Part shown: in pieces, positions 1 through 8,785 of the stretch | How positions within the stretch are numbered: the first letter of the stretch is position 1 | Layout: each line of letters begins with the position of its first letter | Source of the DNA: Candidatus Kerfeldbacteria bacterium | GTDB taxonomy: Bacteria; Patescibacteriota; Patescibacteriia; SBBC01; CAIJZX01 | Assembly: GCA_963731735.1 (NCBI GenBank) | Contig: CAVSWO010000002.1 | Location: forward strand, 692,257 to 756,256 | DNA: 64,000 nucleotides | Reading direction: 5' to 3' | Notes under the pieces: model-generated | Seen by the model: only the letters and a program-made list of their open reading frames with translations | The model's database searches: none | What the model was told of the DNA's origin: nothing | Made by a program: the position numbers and the translations under genes

Positions 1-2
1 TG

Positions 3-476
3 CCGGATTATTCCAGCTGGACGTTCAAAGACCCGGCTGCGCTCAGTCAGCGCCAAGCACCGACTGCTTCGCAAATCGTGATTGACTACTCTTCATTCAA
101 CTATCAGGTCACCTATAAGTACCACCCGGAATTGAATCGCTATTTCCGATTCCAGGGCGATACCCAGCACGTGACCCGCGACGGTCAGGCAATTTGGGCG
201 ACCAACGTGATTGTCATGAAAGTCCAAACTGGCCTCTTAGCGGGTGACAGCAAACGACTGGACATGAAAAATATCGGCACCGGCGAAGCCACTGTCTTCC
301 GGGACGGACAGGTTATCCAAGGCACCTGGAAAAAAGACTCGGGTCAAGCCCGGACCGAATTCCTCGATGCCGATGGACAGCCGATTCCGCTTGATCGCGG
401 GTCGACCTGGATCTCGGTCATTCCGACCGATCGCGACGTGAGCTACTCAGCGCCACAGGCCGAAACCACGAATTGA
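3..476 (+). CDS. DUF3048-domain (YerB-like) lipoprotein, C-terminal part; ORF is open to the window edge (5' truncated)
   Basis: Frame is open from nt 3 with no upstream stop. The C-terminal region has DUF3048-like sequence (..VFRDGQVIQGTWKKD..). Confidence 0.5.
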   Translation, partial: PDYSSWTFKDPAALSQRQAPTASQIVIDYSSFNYQVTYKYHPELNRYFRFQGDTQHVTRDGQAIWATNVIVMKVQTGLLAGDSKRLDMKNIGTGEATVFRDGQVIQGTWKKDSGQARTEFLDADGQPIPLDRGSTWISVIPTDRDVSYSAPQAETTN

Positions 477-1298
477 TTCGCCGTCGGAAATCGGCACAAT
501 TTCCGCCGCCGGCCAGCGATCACGCAATTGTTGCTCAATCGCTTCGGCTTGCGACGGATCTACTTCAATCACTAAACCCCGCCAGTCATCCCGACTGGCG
601 GCTTGGTTGAATAAGGCTTGATACAGTTGTTGCCCGTCATGTCCGCCGATCAGGGCCTGAGCGGGTTCAGCCGCCAAGCTCGGTTCTTGCATTTGGGCGG
701 GAGTCAGGTAGGGGAGGTTGGCGACAATCACATCAATCGGTGTGGTCTCGACTGGTTCGAGCAGTGAACCGTGACGCCAATCAACACGGCCGGCCAGTTG
801 CAGCCGACGGGCATTGGCGGCCGCCACGCGCAGGGCCGGCAGCGAGGTATCAATCCCAATCGTCGGCCGATGCGGTTGGTGCTGGGCGAGGGCCAGCGCA
901 ATCGCCCCGGAACCAGTCCCGACATCAACGATCGGATCACCCGGCTGATCGCCAAGCCGTTCCAGTAGATGATCAACCAGCAGTTCGGTGGCGGGTCGTG
1001 GTACTAGGACCGCTGACGTTACCAGCAGCGGTAATCGGTAAAATTCCTGCTGCCCCGTCAGGTAGGCGATCGGCTGGCCGTCCAGGCGTTGGCCAAGCAG
1101 CCGTTCAAAGGCGTGGATGTCACTGCGGCCAACCGATTGTTCAGGATGCGCTAGCAGATAGGTGCGGGTGGTGCCGAGTTGATGCGCCAGGAGCACCTCG
1201 GCGTCGAGTTCCGGACTTTGGCTAACGGCCGACAGGACGGCAGCCGCGCTCTGTAGGAGTTCGTCAATCCGGGCGCGCATGGGTAGAAACATCAACAT
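447..1298 (-). CDS. prmC: peptide chain release factor N5-glutamine methyltransferase
   Basis: SAM-binding motif VDVGTGSGAIALALA and NPPY-like NLPY. Sits immediately downstream of prfA in the conserved prfA-prmC order. Start is ambiguous among 1298, 1292 and 1280. Confidence 0.85.
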   Translation of the reverse strand: MLMFLPMRARIDELLQSAAAVLSAVSQSPELDAEVLLAHQLGTTRTYLLAHPEQSVGRSDIHAFERLLGQRLDGQPIAYLTGQQEFYRLPLLVTSAVLVPRPATELLVDHLLERLGDQPGDPIVDVGTGSGAIALALAQHQPHRPTIGIDTSLPALRVAAANARRLQLAGRVDWRHGSLLEPVETTPIDVIVANLPYLTPAQMQEPSLAAEPAQALIGGHDGQQLYQALFNQAASRDDWRGLVIEVDPSQAEAIEQQLRDRWPAAEIVPISDGESIRGFGLWR

Positions 1299-1343
1299 TG
1301 TGCATACGAATAGTATGCCATACTTGCACCAGAAACTCGAATA

Positions 1344-2408
1344 TTAGGCGGTTTGCAGTTGTCGTTCCGCTGCCCGGAGCGGGTCAAGCAGGGGATGAAG
1401 GTGGCCGGCCAGTATTTCGTCGACGTTATGCACGGTCAGCTTAATGCGATGATCCGTTACGCGATCTTGCGGGAAATTATAGGTTCGAATTTTTTCAGAA
1501 CGATCGCCGGAACCAATTTGGCTTTTGCGTAATTCGGATTCACGCTGGCGTCGTTCTTCGGCTTGTTTAGCCAGCAAGCGCGAACGTAAAACCTGCATGG
1601 CCTTCAGTCGATTTTGGGTTTGCGAGCGTTCATCTTGCATCGAAACGGTTATGCCGGTTGGCAGGTGGGTCACCCGGATAGCCGAATAGGTCGTATTGAC
1701 CGATTGACCGCCGGCGCCGGTTGAGGTCGAGGCCACAATTTTTAAATCTTTGGGATCGATCACCAGGTCTTCTTCCTGGGCTTCCGGGACGACCGCCACG
1801 GTCACGGTCGAAGTGTGGACGCGACCGCTTTTTTCGGTGTCCGGCACGCGCTGTACCCGGTGCACACCACTTTCATGTTTCATCCACTGGTACACGCGAT
1901 CACCATTGATAGAAAAAATCACTTCTTTATAGCCGCCAATTTCAGTTCGCGAAGCCGACAAAATTTGGGTTTTCCAACCCTGGTGTTCGGCGAACTTGCT
2001 GTACATGCGAAACAGCTCAGCCGCGAACAGCGCCGCTTCGTCACCGCCGGCGCCGGGACGAATTTCGACAATGATATCGCGCGCGTCCATCGGATCAGTC
2101 GGTTGCAGAGCTTCAGTCAGTTGCTCGGTCAGCTGGGCATGCTGGTGTTCAACGCTCGGGAGCTCTTGTTCAGCCAGTTGCTTGAGATCGGGATCATCGC
2201 TGTTGATGGTTTCTCGTACATCCGCTAGTTGTCGATCAAGCGCCGCCAACTTGTCAGCTTGTTCGAGAATCTGCGTTAACTCAGCGTACCGCTGGGAGAG
2301 CGTTCGCAACGCACGTTGGTCGCTGGCGGTGCTAGCGGCTTGGAGCTGCGTTTCAATTTCGGCATGTTCGCGCCGAAGTTTTTCAATAGTGGCTGGTTGG
2401 ATGGACAT
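1344..2408 (-). CDS. prfA: peptide chain release factor 1
   Basis: GGQ motif (GAGGQSVNTTYSAIRVTHLPTGI) and RF1-type domain order. The track ORF begins with GTG at 2420; the ATG at 2408 (MSIQPATIEKL) is the more likely start. Confidence 0.9.
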   Translation of the reverse strand: MSIQPATIEKLRREHAEIETQLQAASTASDQRALRTLSQRYAELTQILEQADKLAALDRQLADVRETINSDDPDLKQLAEQELPSVEHQHAQLTEQLTEALQPTDPMDARDIIVEIRPGAGGDEAALFAAELFRMYSKFAEHQGWKTQILSASRTEIGGYKEVIFSINGDRVYQWMKHESGVHRVQRVPDTEKSGRVHTSTVTVAVVPEAQEEDLVIDPKDLKIVASTSTGAGGQSVNTTYSAIRVTHLPTGITVSMQDERSQTQNRLKAMQVLRSRLLAKQAEERRQRESELRKSQIGSGDRSEKIRTYNFPQDRVTDHRIKLTVHNVDEILAGHLHPLLDPLRAAERQLQTA

Positions 2409-2462
2409 AGGCAAAAACACCCGGCGGACCCTCGGTCCGGCCGAGAGTCGGCGGACAGATCG

Positions 2463-2762
2463 TTATTCCTCGCTATCTTTTTCAGCCTTGGCGACCTTGC
2501 GGGCTTTTTTGGCTTCCAGCTTGGAACGCTTGCTTCGAACCGGGCGCTTGAGCGAGGCTTTTTTCTCAGACAGTTTTTTGAAACGGTCAACCCGTCCGGC
2601 AGTGTCAACAATGTTCTGTTGGCCGGTGTAAAACGGATGGCAATGCGAACAGACTTCGACTTTCATCTCTTCAAGGGTCGAGCCGGTCGTAAAACTGGTC
2701 CCGCACGAGGTGCAGGTGACCTTGGCAGCATGCGTATATTTTGGGTGAATGCCGTCTTGCAT
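2463..2762 (-). CDS. rpmE: 50S ribosomal protein L31
   Basis: MQDGIHPKY...[11 protein letters not shown]31 signature, followed by a Lys-rich C-terminal tail. Alternative start 2768. Confidence 0.9.
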   Translation of the reverse strand: MQDGIHPKYTHAAKVTCTSCGTSFTTGSTLEEMKVEVCSHCHPFYTGQQNIVDTAGRVDRFKKLSEKKASLKRPVRSKRSKLEAKKARKVAKAEKDSEE

Positions 2763-2793
2763 AACCACCAGACTATAAAGGCGAGCGCCCGAC

Positions 2794-2822
2794 TTGTCAA
2801 GGCTGCCCGGCTATGGTAGAGT
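2794..2822 (+). promoter_or_regulatory. candidate sigma70-like promoter for rpsB (TTGTCA-N17-TAGAGT), followed by a GC-rich structured leader of about 140 nt
   Basis: Hexamers read directly from the sequence; the -10 element is weak. The S2 leader is a known autoregulatory region in other bacteria. Confidence 0.3.
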
Positions 2823-2960
2823 AAGCCGCGGTTGGAAAAACAGCCATTTTATCACTCATACACCTGCCCGCGCGGCGCCACGGCCCCCTCCCGGTATCTC
2901 GGGAAGCCCTGGAAACGGTGTAGCGGCGCCGGGGTTCTCCCGGCCACATAAGGAACATCT

Positions 2961-3725
2961 ATGCGCGATCTGACACTCTTGGAAATGTTGCAGCACGGGG
3001 TCCACTTTGGCCACCAGCAAAGCCGGCGGCACCCGAAAATGGACAAGTCGATTTACGACACCCGGAACGGCATTTCGATCATCAATTTAGAATCTACGCG
3101 AACGGCGCTTGGCCAAGCGGCGGCTTTTGCGCGCGACGTGGTCGGCCGCGGCGGCACCATCGTCTTTGTCGGTACTAAGCGGCAAGCCCGATCGATAATC
3201 CAGGCGGCGGCCCAGCAAACCGGCCAACCGTACGTGATTGACCGTTGGATTGGCGGCTTGTTTACCAACTTCGGGCACGTCCGTCAATTGATTGAAAAAC
3301 TCCATCAGCTCAAGGAGGATCGAGCCAATAACGTTTGGAACAAGTACACAAAAAAAGAACAGCTCGATTTACAGAATGAACTGGATCGCTTGGAGCGCCT
3401 GGTTGGCGGATTGGGCAAGATGGAAAAACTCCCGGATGCAATTTTCATTGTTGACTTGAAAGCGGACAAAACCGCCCTGGCCGAAGCCAAGAATGTTGGG
3501 ATGCCGATCATCGCGATGTGCGATACGAACGTCAATCCGGTCGGCGTCCAGTATCCGATTCCGGCCAATGACGACGCGACGAAATCTATTTTACTGATCA
3601 CCAATTATCTCGTCGAGGCCATTCAGGAAGGGCAGCAGCAAAATGAGCAGCGCTTGCGCACCTTGGCACAACAAGCCGCCGAGGCGCCAATGCCGGCCGC
3701 GGCTGAAGAAGGAGCCGCCGCATGA
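2961..3725 (+). CDS. rpsB: 30S ribosomal protein S2
   Basis: N-terminus MRDLTLLEMLQHGVHFGHQQSRRHPKM is typical of S2. ATGA overlap with tsf. Confidence 0.95.
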   Translation: MRDLTLLEMLQHGVHFGHQQSRRHPKMDKSIYDTRNGISIINLESTRTALGQAAAFARDVVGRGGTIVFVGTKRQARSIIQAAAQQTGQPYVIDRWIGGLFTNFGHVRQLIEKLHQLKEDRANNVWNKYTKKEQLDLQNELDRLERLVGGLGKMEKLPDAIFIVDLKADKTALAEAKNVGMPIIAMCDTNVNPVGVQYPIPANDDATKSILLITNYLVEAIQEGQQQNEQRLRTLAQQAAEAPMPAAAEEGAAA

Positions 3726-4309
3726 ACGTTTCAGCCGCTGACATTCAATCCCTCCGCGAACAAACTGGCGCCGGCATGATGGACGCCAAGCGCGCCTTGG
3801 AAGCCGCCGACGGTGACCTGGAGCAAGCCCTGGTTGCGCTTCGCAAAGCCGGTCTCAAATTAGCCGCCAAGAAAAGCGACCGGGCCGTTTCAGAAGGCGC
3901 TATCGGCGTGTACCTGCATTCAAATAAAAAGGTGGCCGCCATGGTGGCCCTGGCCTGTGAAACGGATTTCGTGGCCCGAACTGACGACTTTCAAGCCTTG
4001 GCGAATGAACTGGCTATGCAAGTGGCAGCCATGAATCCGGAATACCTGAAACCGGAAGACATTCCGGCCGAAGTCCGCGATCAGGAAGAGGGGATTTATC
4101 GGGACCAACTCAAGGCCGAAGGCAAACCCGAAGCCATGTGGGATAAAATTCTTCCGGGCAAGCTGCAGCGCTTTTATACCGAACATTGTTTACTGCATCA
4201 GCCCTTCGTCAAGGATGACAGCAAGACCATTCAGGATCTGCTGACCGAAGCGACCACCAAACTCGGGGAGAACATCCAAATCAGCGCGTTTCAGCGCTTG
4301 GCGCTCTAA
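3722..4309 (+). CDS. tsf: elongation factor Ts (short form, 195 aa)
   Basis: N-terminal UBA-like motif LREQTGAGMMDAKRAL. Conserved rpsB-tsf gene order. Confidence 0.9.
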   Translation: MNVSAADIQSLREQTGAGMMDAKRALEAADGDLEQALVALRKAGLKLAAKKSDRAVSEGAIGVYLHSNKKVAAMVALACETDFVARTDDFQALANELAMQVAAMNPEYLKPEDIPAEVRDQEEGIYRDQLKAEGKPEAMWDKILPGKLQRFYTEHCLLHQPFVKDDSKTIQDLLTEATTKLGENIQISAFQRLAL

Positions 4310-4314
4310 CCCCT

Positions 4315-5211
4315 ATGTCGTTCCTTGATATTATCGCCATCGTCGTGCTGGTTCTCAGCCTGATTGGCATCGGTTTCATCGTCTTCCGTAAGTTTCCCCT
4401 CTTGGCTTCGATTGACGTCAAAGCCACCACCAGTCCGACGTCCGAACGAAAAGTCACGATTCTTGAACAGCGGCTGAAGCGAAAATTCCAAACCGCCTTC
4501 ACGAAAGTCGGTAGCGTCAGCCAACCGGTTTGGCAACGGACCGGCGGCCTGATGAAAAAAGCCCAGCATAAATTAGTTGACCTTGAACATGAATACAAGG
4601 CCCGGTCGTTACCGGTCTGGCTGAACCGTCGGCAGCGACAAAAAGTCGCCAACGAAGTCGGCGAACTGCTCGATCAAGCCCGGTTGCTGATTGAAGACGA
4701 GGAATACCGGGCGGCCGAAGAGAAAGCTCTGCAAGCAGTCCGGCTTGATCCGCGTTCGGTACCGGCTTTCGAACTGCTGGGAGAAATTTACATGGAGACG
4801 AAAGAATTTACCCACGCCAAAGAAGTTTATTCATACCTCTTGAAGCTCTCGGGTGATTCCGACGCGATGTATGAAAAAATGGCTGAAGCAGATATGGCCG
4901 ACGGAAACCTGGCGGCCGCCGAAATTGACCTTAAGCAAGCCATCGCTCTCAATAGCTCAAGCATGCTCTATCACTTAGAACTGGCCCAAATTGAACGCCA
5001 GCTTGGCCACTGGGAAGACGCCTTCAGCGCCATTCAAGCCGCGGCCCAGCTTGAACCAAACCACCCCAAGGTGTTAGATGAACTGATTGAAGTTTCCCTC
5101 GGTGCCGGCAAACGAGAGTATGCGAAGGATGCCATCGCCAAAATTAAATCTACGAACCCTGACAATAAAAAAATCCCCGAGTGGGAAGAGCGACTGGCAA
5201 CGCTCAGCTAA
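4315..5211 (+). CDS. tetratricopeptide-repeat protein with N-terminal transmembrane helix
   Basis: Hydrophobic N-terminus LDIIAIVVLVLSLIGIGFIVF. Repeated 34-aa helical Ala/Leu/Glu-rich units in the C-terminal half. Confidence 0.5.
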   Translation: MSFLDIIAIVVLVLSLIGIGFIVFRKFPLLASIDVKATTSPTSERKVTILEQRLKRKFQTAFTKVGSVSQPVWQRTGGLMKKAQHKLVDLEHEYKARSLPVWLNRRQRQKVANEVGELLDQARLLIEDEEYRAAEEKALQAVRLDPRSVPAFELLGEIYMETKEFTHAKEVYSYLLKLSGDSDAMYEKMAEADMADGNLAAAEIDLKQAIALNSSSMLYHLELAQIERQLGHWEDAFSAIQAAAQLEPNHPKVLDELIEVSLGAGKREYAKDAIAKIKSTNPDNKKIPEWEERLATLS

Positions 5212-5217
5212 CATCAC

Positions 5218-5290
5218 GCCCACGTAGCTCAGTTGGCAGAGCGCGTCCATGGTAAGGACGAGGTCCGCGGTTCGATCCCGCGCGTGGGCT
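5218..5290 (+). tRNA. tRNA-Thr (anticodon GGT); CCA encoded at 5291-5293
   Basis: Cloverleaf folded by hand. Acceptor gcccacg/cgtgggc, anticodon loop atGGTaa, T-loop ttcgatc. Confidence 0.85.
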
Positions 5291-5293
5291 CCA

Positions 5294-5332
5294 GGGTCGG
5301 TACCGAAGCGGTCAAACGGGCCTGACTGTAAA
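5294..5332 (+). repeat. exact 39-nt copy of the 5' half of tRNA-Tyr (acceptor through anticodon loop), not followed by a 3' half
   Basis: Identical to 5382-5420. Followed by the 49-nt arm X (5333-5381), whose sequence is approximately the reverse complement of arm Y (5469-5508). Confidence 0.8.
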
Positions 5333-5381
5333 CCCGCCTGCCAAAGCCGTACTTCGACATTTGATAATACTCGACATACTT

Positions 5382-5465
5382 GGGTCGGTACCGAAGCGGT
5401 CAAACGGGCCTGACTGTAAATCAGGCGGCCTCGCGCCTTCGTAGGTTCGAATCCTACCCGGCCCA
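5382..5465 (+). tRNA. tRNA-Tyr (anticodon GTA) with long variable arm; CCA encoded at 5466-5468
   Basis: Acceptor gggtcgg/ccggccc with one G-U pair, anticodon loop ctGTAaa, variable arm cggcctcgcgccttc, T-loop ttcgaat. Confidence 0.85.
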
Positions 5466-5508
5466 CCAAGTATTATCATAATTCGAGTAGCTTTGTTCGG
5501 CGGGCAGG

Positions 5509-5556
5509 TCAGGCGGCCTCGCGCCTTCGTAGGTTCGAATCCTACCCGGCCCACCA
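5509..5556 (+). repeat. exact 48-nt copy of the 3' half of tRNA-Tyr (anticodon stem 3' strand through CCA)
   Basis: Identical to 5421-5468. Preceded by the 40-nt arm Y. Confidence 0.8.
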
Positions 5557-5691
5557 CGGGTCAAACCATGCTGCGGCTTCCGTGTGCTCAAGGACTGAGC
5601 CCACTGCAGCCTCCGCATGACTGCCCCTTACCCCACAAATCCGTGCTCGCTTCGCTGCGCTCCTGATTTGCGGGGGCCCCAGGTAAGCTAC

Positions 5692-5763
5692 GCCAGCGTA
5701 GCTCAGTGGCAGAGCAACTGTTTTGTAAACAGTAGGTCATCGGTTCGAATCCGATCGCTGGCT
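5692..5763 (+). tRNA. tRNA-Thr (anticodon TGT); CCA encoded at 5764-5766
   Basis: Acceptor gccagcg/cgctggc, anticodon loop ttTGTaa, T-loop ttcgaat. Confidence 0.85.
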
Positions 5764-5790
5764 CCAGAAAGATTCATTTACCACACATAT

Positions 5791-5946
5791 ATGTCACAAG
5801 ATAACCTGATCAAGTTGCAATGCACCGAGTGTAAGCACATCAACTATCACTCGAAGCGGAACAAGAAGACGATCAAGACTAAGATCGAGCTGACCAAGTT
5901 CTGTAAGCACTGCAAGAAGCATCAACTTCATAAAGAGGTTAAATAG
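5791..5946 (+). CDS. rpmG: 50S ribosomal protein L33 (51 aa)
   Basis: [43 protein letters not shown] matches the L33 zinc-ribbon pattern. The track ORF 5617..5946 runs through tRNA-Thr; the real start is the internal ATG at 5791. Confidence 0.85.
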   Translation: MSQDNLIKLQCTECKHINYHSKRNKKTIKTKIELTKFCKHCKKHQLHKEVK

Positions 5947-5965
5947 AATATCGGCCGGTCGTGAT

Positions 5966-6037
5966 GGGGGCGTAGTGAAATGGCTATCACAACGGTCTCC
6001 AAAACCGTTATTCAAGGTTCGAATCCTTGCGCCCCTG
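5966..6037 (+). tRNA. tRNA-Trp (anticodon CCA); CCA end encoded at 6038-6040
   Basis: Acceptor gggggcg/cgcccct with G1-U72, anticodon loop ctCCAaa, T-arm caagg-ttcgaat-ccttg. Classic position after rpmG. Confidence 0.8.
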
Positions 6038-6091
6038 CCACGACCGGCCAGCTGAGAAGTGCCCGGCGGAGCCGGGTCCGGCTTCGCCGGA

Positions 6092-6254
6092 AAATGGCTA
6101 TCACAACGGTCTCCAAAACCGTTATTCTAGGTTCCCCCGGACTGCGATCCGGGGCTAGTGCCCGTGCCACGGGCGGCCGGGTCTCCATCACGTTTGTAGT
6201 CGAGTGAGTGGTTTCAAGCTATTATTCAAGGTTCGAATCCTTGCGCCCCTGCCA
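6092..6254 (+). pseudogene. disrupted second copy of tRNA-Trp: D-loop to variable region (6092-6134) and T-arm plus acceptor 3' end plus CCA (6222-6254), separated by an 87-nt hairpin-rich insert; the 5' acceptor strand is missing
   Basis: Both pieces match the intact copy at 5976-6040 almost exactly. The junctions share ttattc. Confidence 0.7.
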
Positions 6255-6312
6255 AATAAAATCGTCCTAATTCCCATTAGGCCCGGCTTGACATGTTCGC
6301 TATACTACGAGT

Positions 6313-8418
6313 ATGGACGAACACCCACTGTTGTACACATGCCCGATGCACCCGAAGGTAGTGCAGACGCATCCCGGCCTGTGCCCGGAATGCGGGATGC
6401 AACTTGTGCCATCGCATGATAACGGCGCGCACCAACATCACCATGACCACGCGGCCATGGACAAGCACGCTGGCCATTCCACCAATATTTTTAGAACGAA
6501 ATTCTGGGTGAGTTTTGCGCTGTCCCTGCCGATCGTGGCTTGGTCAGCCATTGCCCAAAAGACCCTTAGTTACTCGATTGCGTTTCCCGGACAAACGCTG
6601 CTCACAGTAGTCTTTGCCTCCGTGATTTTCTGGTACGGCGGCTGGATCTTTATCGCTTCAGCCGGTCGCGAACTGAAAGCCAAACTACCGGGCATGATGA
6701 CCCTGATCGGGCTGGCGATTTCCGTGGCCTACGGTTACAGCCTAGCGGTCTCGGTATTCGGCGGGGGAGAAGCGTTGTGGTGGGAACTGTCGACATTAAT
6801 TACCGTGATGTTGCTCGGACACTGGATGGAAATGCGAGCGGTGACCGGCGCCCAGGGTGCGCTCAACGAATTATCAAAACTCCTACCGGATACGGCTGAA
6901 GTTATCCGGGGTGACACGACCCACGTTGTTCCCTTATCCGAACTGAAGGTTGGAGATAGGGTGCTCGTCAAACCCGGCGGGCGGATCCCGGCCGACGGTA
7001 AAGTGCCAGCCGGCAATTCGGACGTCAATGAATCCGTGGTGACCGGAGAATCAAATCCGATAGCGAAGCGGGCAGGGGATCATGTGATTGCCGGGACTAT
7101 CAACGGGGACGGTTCGCTGACCATCATGATTACCCAGCTCGGCGACCAGACCTTCTTGGCCGGGGTCATGCGGCTGGTGGCCGAAGCCCAAGCCTCGAAG
7201 TCGCGGCTGCAAACCTTGTCCGATCGGGCAGCCTTGTGGCTGACAATCATCGCGATTGCCGGTGGGGGCATCACGCTGGTGACCTGGTTGTTCTATGCCG
7301 ACGCGTCATTTGCCATCAACCGAATGGTGGCGGTGCTGGTGATTACTTGCCCGCACGCGCTCGGGCTGGCGATTCCGCTGGTGGCGTCAATCTCAACCTC
7401 AAAGGCCGCTCGTAATGGTTTCCTGGTCAAACAACGCCTGGCGCTCGAAGCGGCTCGCACCATTACCGTCGTTCTGTTCGATAAAACCGGCACCCTGACC
7501 AAAGGCGAATTCGGCGTGGATACGATTGTGTCGAACGGTGAACCAGAAGCAACAGTCTTGCAGTATGCGGCGTCGGTCAACGCCAAGTCCGAACATCCGC
7601 TGGCTCAGGCCATGGTGACTGCCGCCAAACAGCGGCAGATCGAACTCCTCCCGATCAGTGAGTTTCAACGGTTGCCCGGCAAAGGCGTCCGCGCCAAGGT
7701 GAACAACACGGTGATTCAGGTTGGCAGTTTGACCCTGGCTAAAGAAGTTGGGGACGCCCTACCGGAAGCCATGCAAACCTCCGCCGATAAGCTGGCCGGC
7801 CAAGGGAAGACGATCAACGTGGTGATTCGCGAGGGTCATGTCCTCGGGGCGCTGGCCCTGGTCGACAGTATTCGTGACGAATCACGACAGGCGATTACTG
7901 CTTTGAAACAATTAGGAATCCAAACCGCAATGATCACCGGTGATTCGGAAGCGGTCGCGAAATGGGTAGCTGGAGAACTTGGAATCGATCGGTATTTCGC
8001 CCATGTCCTGCCCGACCAAAAGAGCGCCAAGGTCAAAGAACTCCAGGCCGAAGGGAATAATGTGGCCATGGTCGGGGACGGTGTGAATGATGCCCCAGCA
8101 TTAACCCAGGCAGATGTAGGGATTGCCATCGGAGCCGGAACAAACGTGGCGATTGAATCAGCCAGCATCGTGCTGGTCAAAAATGATCCGCGCGATATCA
8201 CGAAGATTATCCGGCTGTCGAAACTGACCTATACGAAAATGATCCAGAACTTATGGTGGGCGACCGGATACAATATCGTGGCCATTCCGCTGGCCGCCGG
8301 CGTTCTGGCCTTTAAAGGCATTATTCTCCAGCCAGCAGTTGGCGCTTTTCTGATGTCGCTTTCGACAGTGATCGTGGCCGTCAACGCGGTAGCGTTGCGG
8401 AGGCAGAAGTTGGATTAA
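6313..8418 (+). CDS. heavy-metal (copper) translocating P1B-type ATPase, CopB-like
   Basis: N-terminal CPMHPKVVQTHPGLCPECGM and a His-rich stretch. Membrane CPH motif (ITCPHALGLAIP), phosphorylation motif DKTGTLT, hinge GDGVNDAPAL. Confidence 0.9.
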   Translation: MDEHPLLYTCPMHPKVVQTHPGLCPECGMQLVPSHDNGAHQHHHDHAAMDKHAGHSTNIFRTKFWVSFALSLPIVAWSAIAQKTLSYSIAFPGQTLLTVVFASVIFWYGGWIFIASAGRELKAKLPGMMTLIGLAISVAYGYSLAVSVFGGGEALWWELSTLITVMLLGHWMEMRAVTGAQGALNELSKLLPDTAEVIRGDTTHVVPLSELKVGDRVLVKPGGRIPADGKVPAGNSDVNESVVTGESNPIAKRAGDHVIAGTINGDGSLTIMITQLGDQTFLAGVMRLVAEAQASKSRLQTLSDRAALWLTIIAIAGGGITLVTWLFYADASFAINRMVAVLVITCPHALGLAIPLVASISTSKAARNGFLVKQRLALEAARTITVVLFDKTGTLTKGEFGVDTIVSNGEPEATVLQYAASVNAKSEHPLAQAMVTAAKQRQIELLPISEFQRLPGKGVRAKVNNTVIQVGSLTLAKEVGDALPEAMQTSADKLAGQGKTINVVIREGHVLGALALVDSIRDESRQAITALKQLGIQTAMITGDSEAVAKWVAGELGIDRYFAHVLPDQKSAKVKELQAEGNNVAMVGDGVNDAPALTQADVGIAIGAGTNVAIESASIVLVKNDPRDITKIIRLSKLTYTKMIQNLWWATGYNIVAIPLAAGVLAFKGIILQPAVGAFLMSLSTVIVAVNAVALRRQKLD

Positions 8419-8785
8419 ACTATTCTAGAAATAATGCTCTTGCGTAAGACTTGGTCTTCGGCTATACTTCGGGTAGTCGTGACCAAGCACACGATTGTAC
8501 CTCGACCGATTTATCCGGCCGTAAGCGGCCCGGACCGACAGACCCAATACCGAAACTTACTAGCTAAGTCAAAGTAGAGAGCCAGCCGTTCCGCTCCTAG
8601 GATATCCTAGGAGTTGTCTTCGTAAAAAATTAATAGATGAGATTCTAGAAAAACCGCTAAAGTTAGCGGCTTCTCTGGGTGCTCATCATGATATGTCGAT
8701 ATACGTCCGTCGGACGGTGGTCGAAAATATCGCTGAAGAGTCTCAACCTCGTTCAACCTATCATAGGAGCACCTATTAATCAATT

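Noticed and set aside
740-1225. Plus-strand ORFs 740..1225 and 771..968 and minus ORF 728..976
   Set aside because: They overlap prmC in other frames, are Arg/Pro-rich, and have no support.
5074-5557. Minus-strand ORFs 5074..5469 and 5312..5557, both beginning MVGRVGFEPTKARGRL
   Set aside because: They are reverse-complement translations of the tRNA-Tyr copies. The repeated peptide simply reflects the duplicated tRNA sequence.
5980-6207. Plus-strand ORF with the repeated peptide MAITTVSKTVI
   Set aside because: It reads through the intact and the disrupted tRNA-Trp copies, so it is not a protein.
6287-6306. Standard sigma70 promoter for the copper ATPase from TTGACA and TATACT
   Set aside because: The spacer is only 7 nt. 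It is reported instead as an unusual duplicated motif.
8430-8640. Known ncRNA (tmRNA, SRP RNA, 6S) in the hairpin-rich region 3' of the copper ATPase
   Set aside because: No tRNA-like end, no SRP domain IV motif and no recognisable 6S architecture. Retained only as an unclassified structured region.
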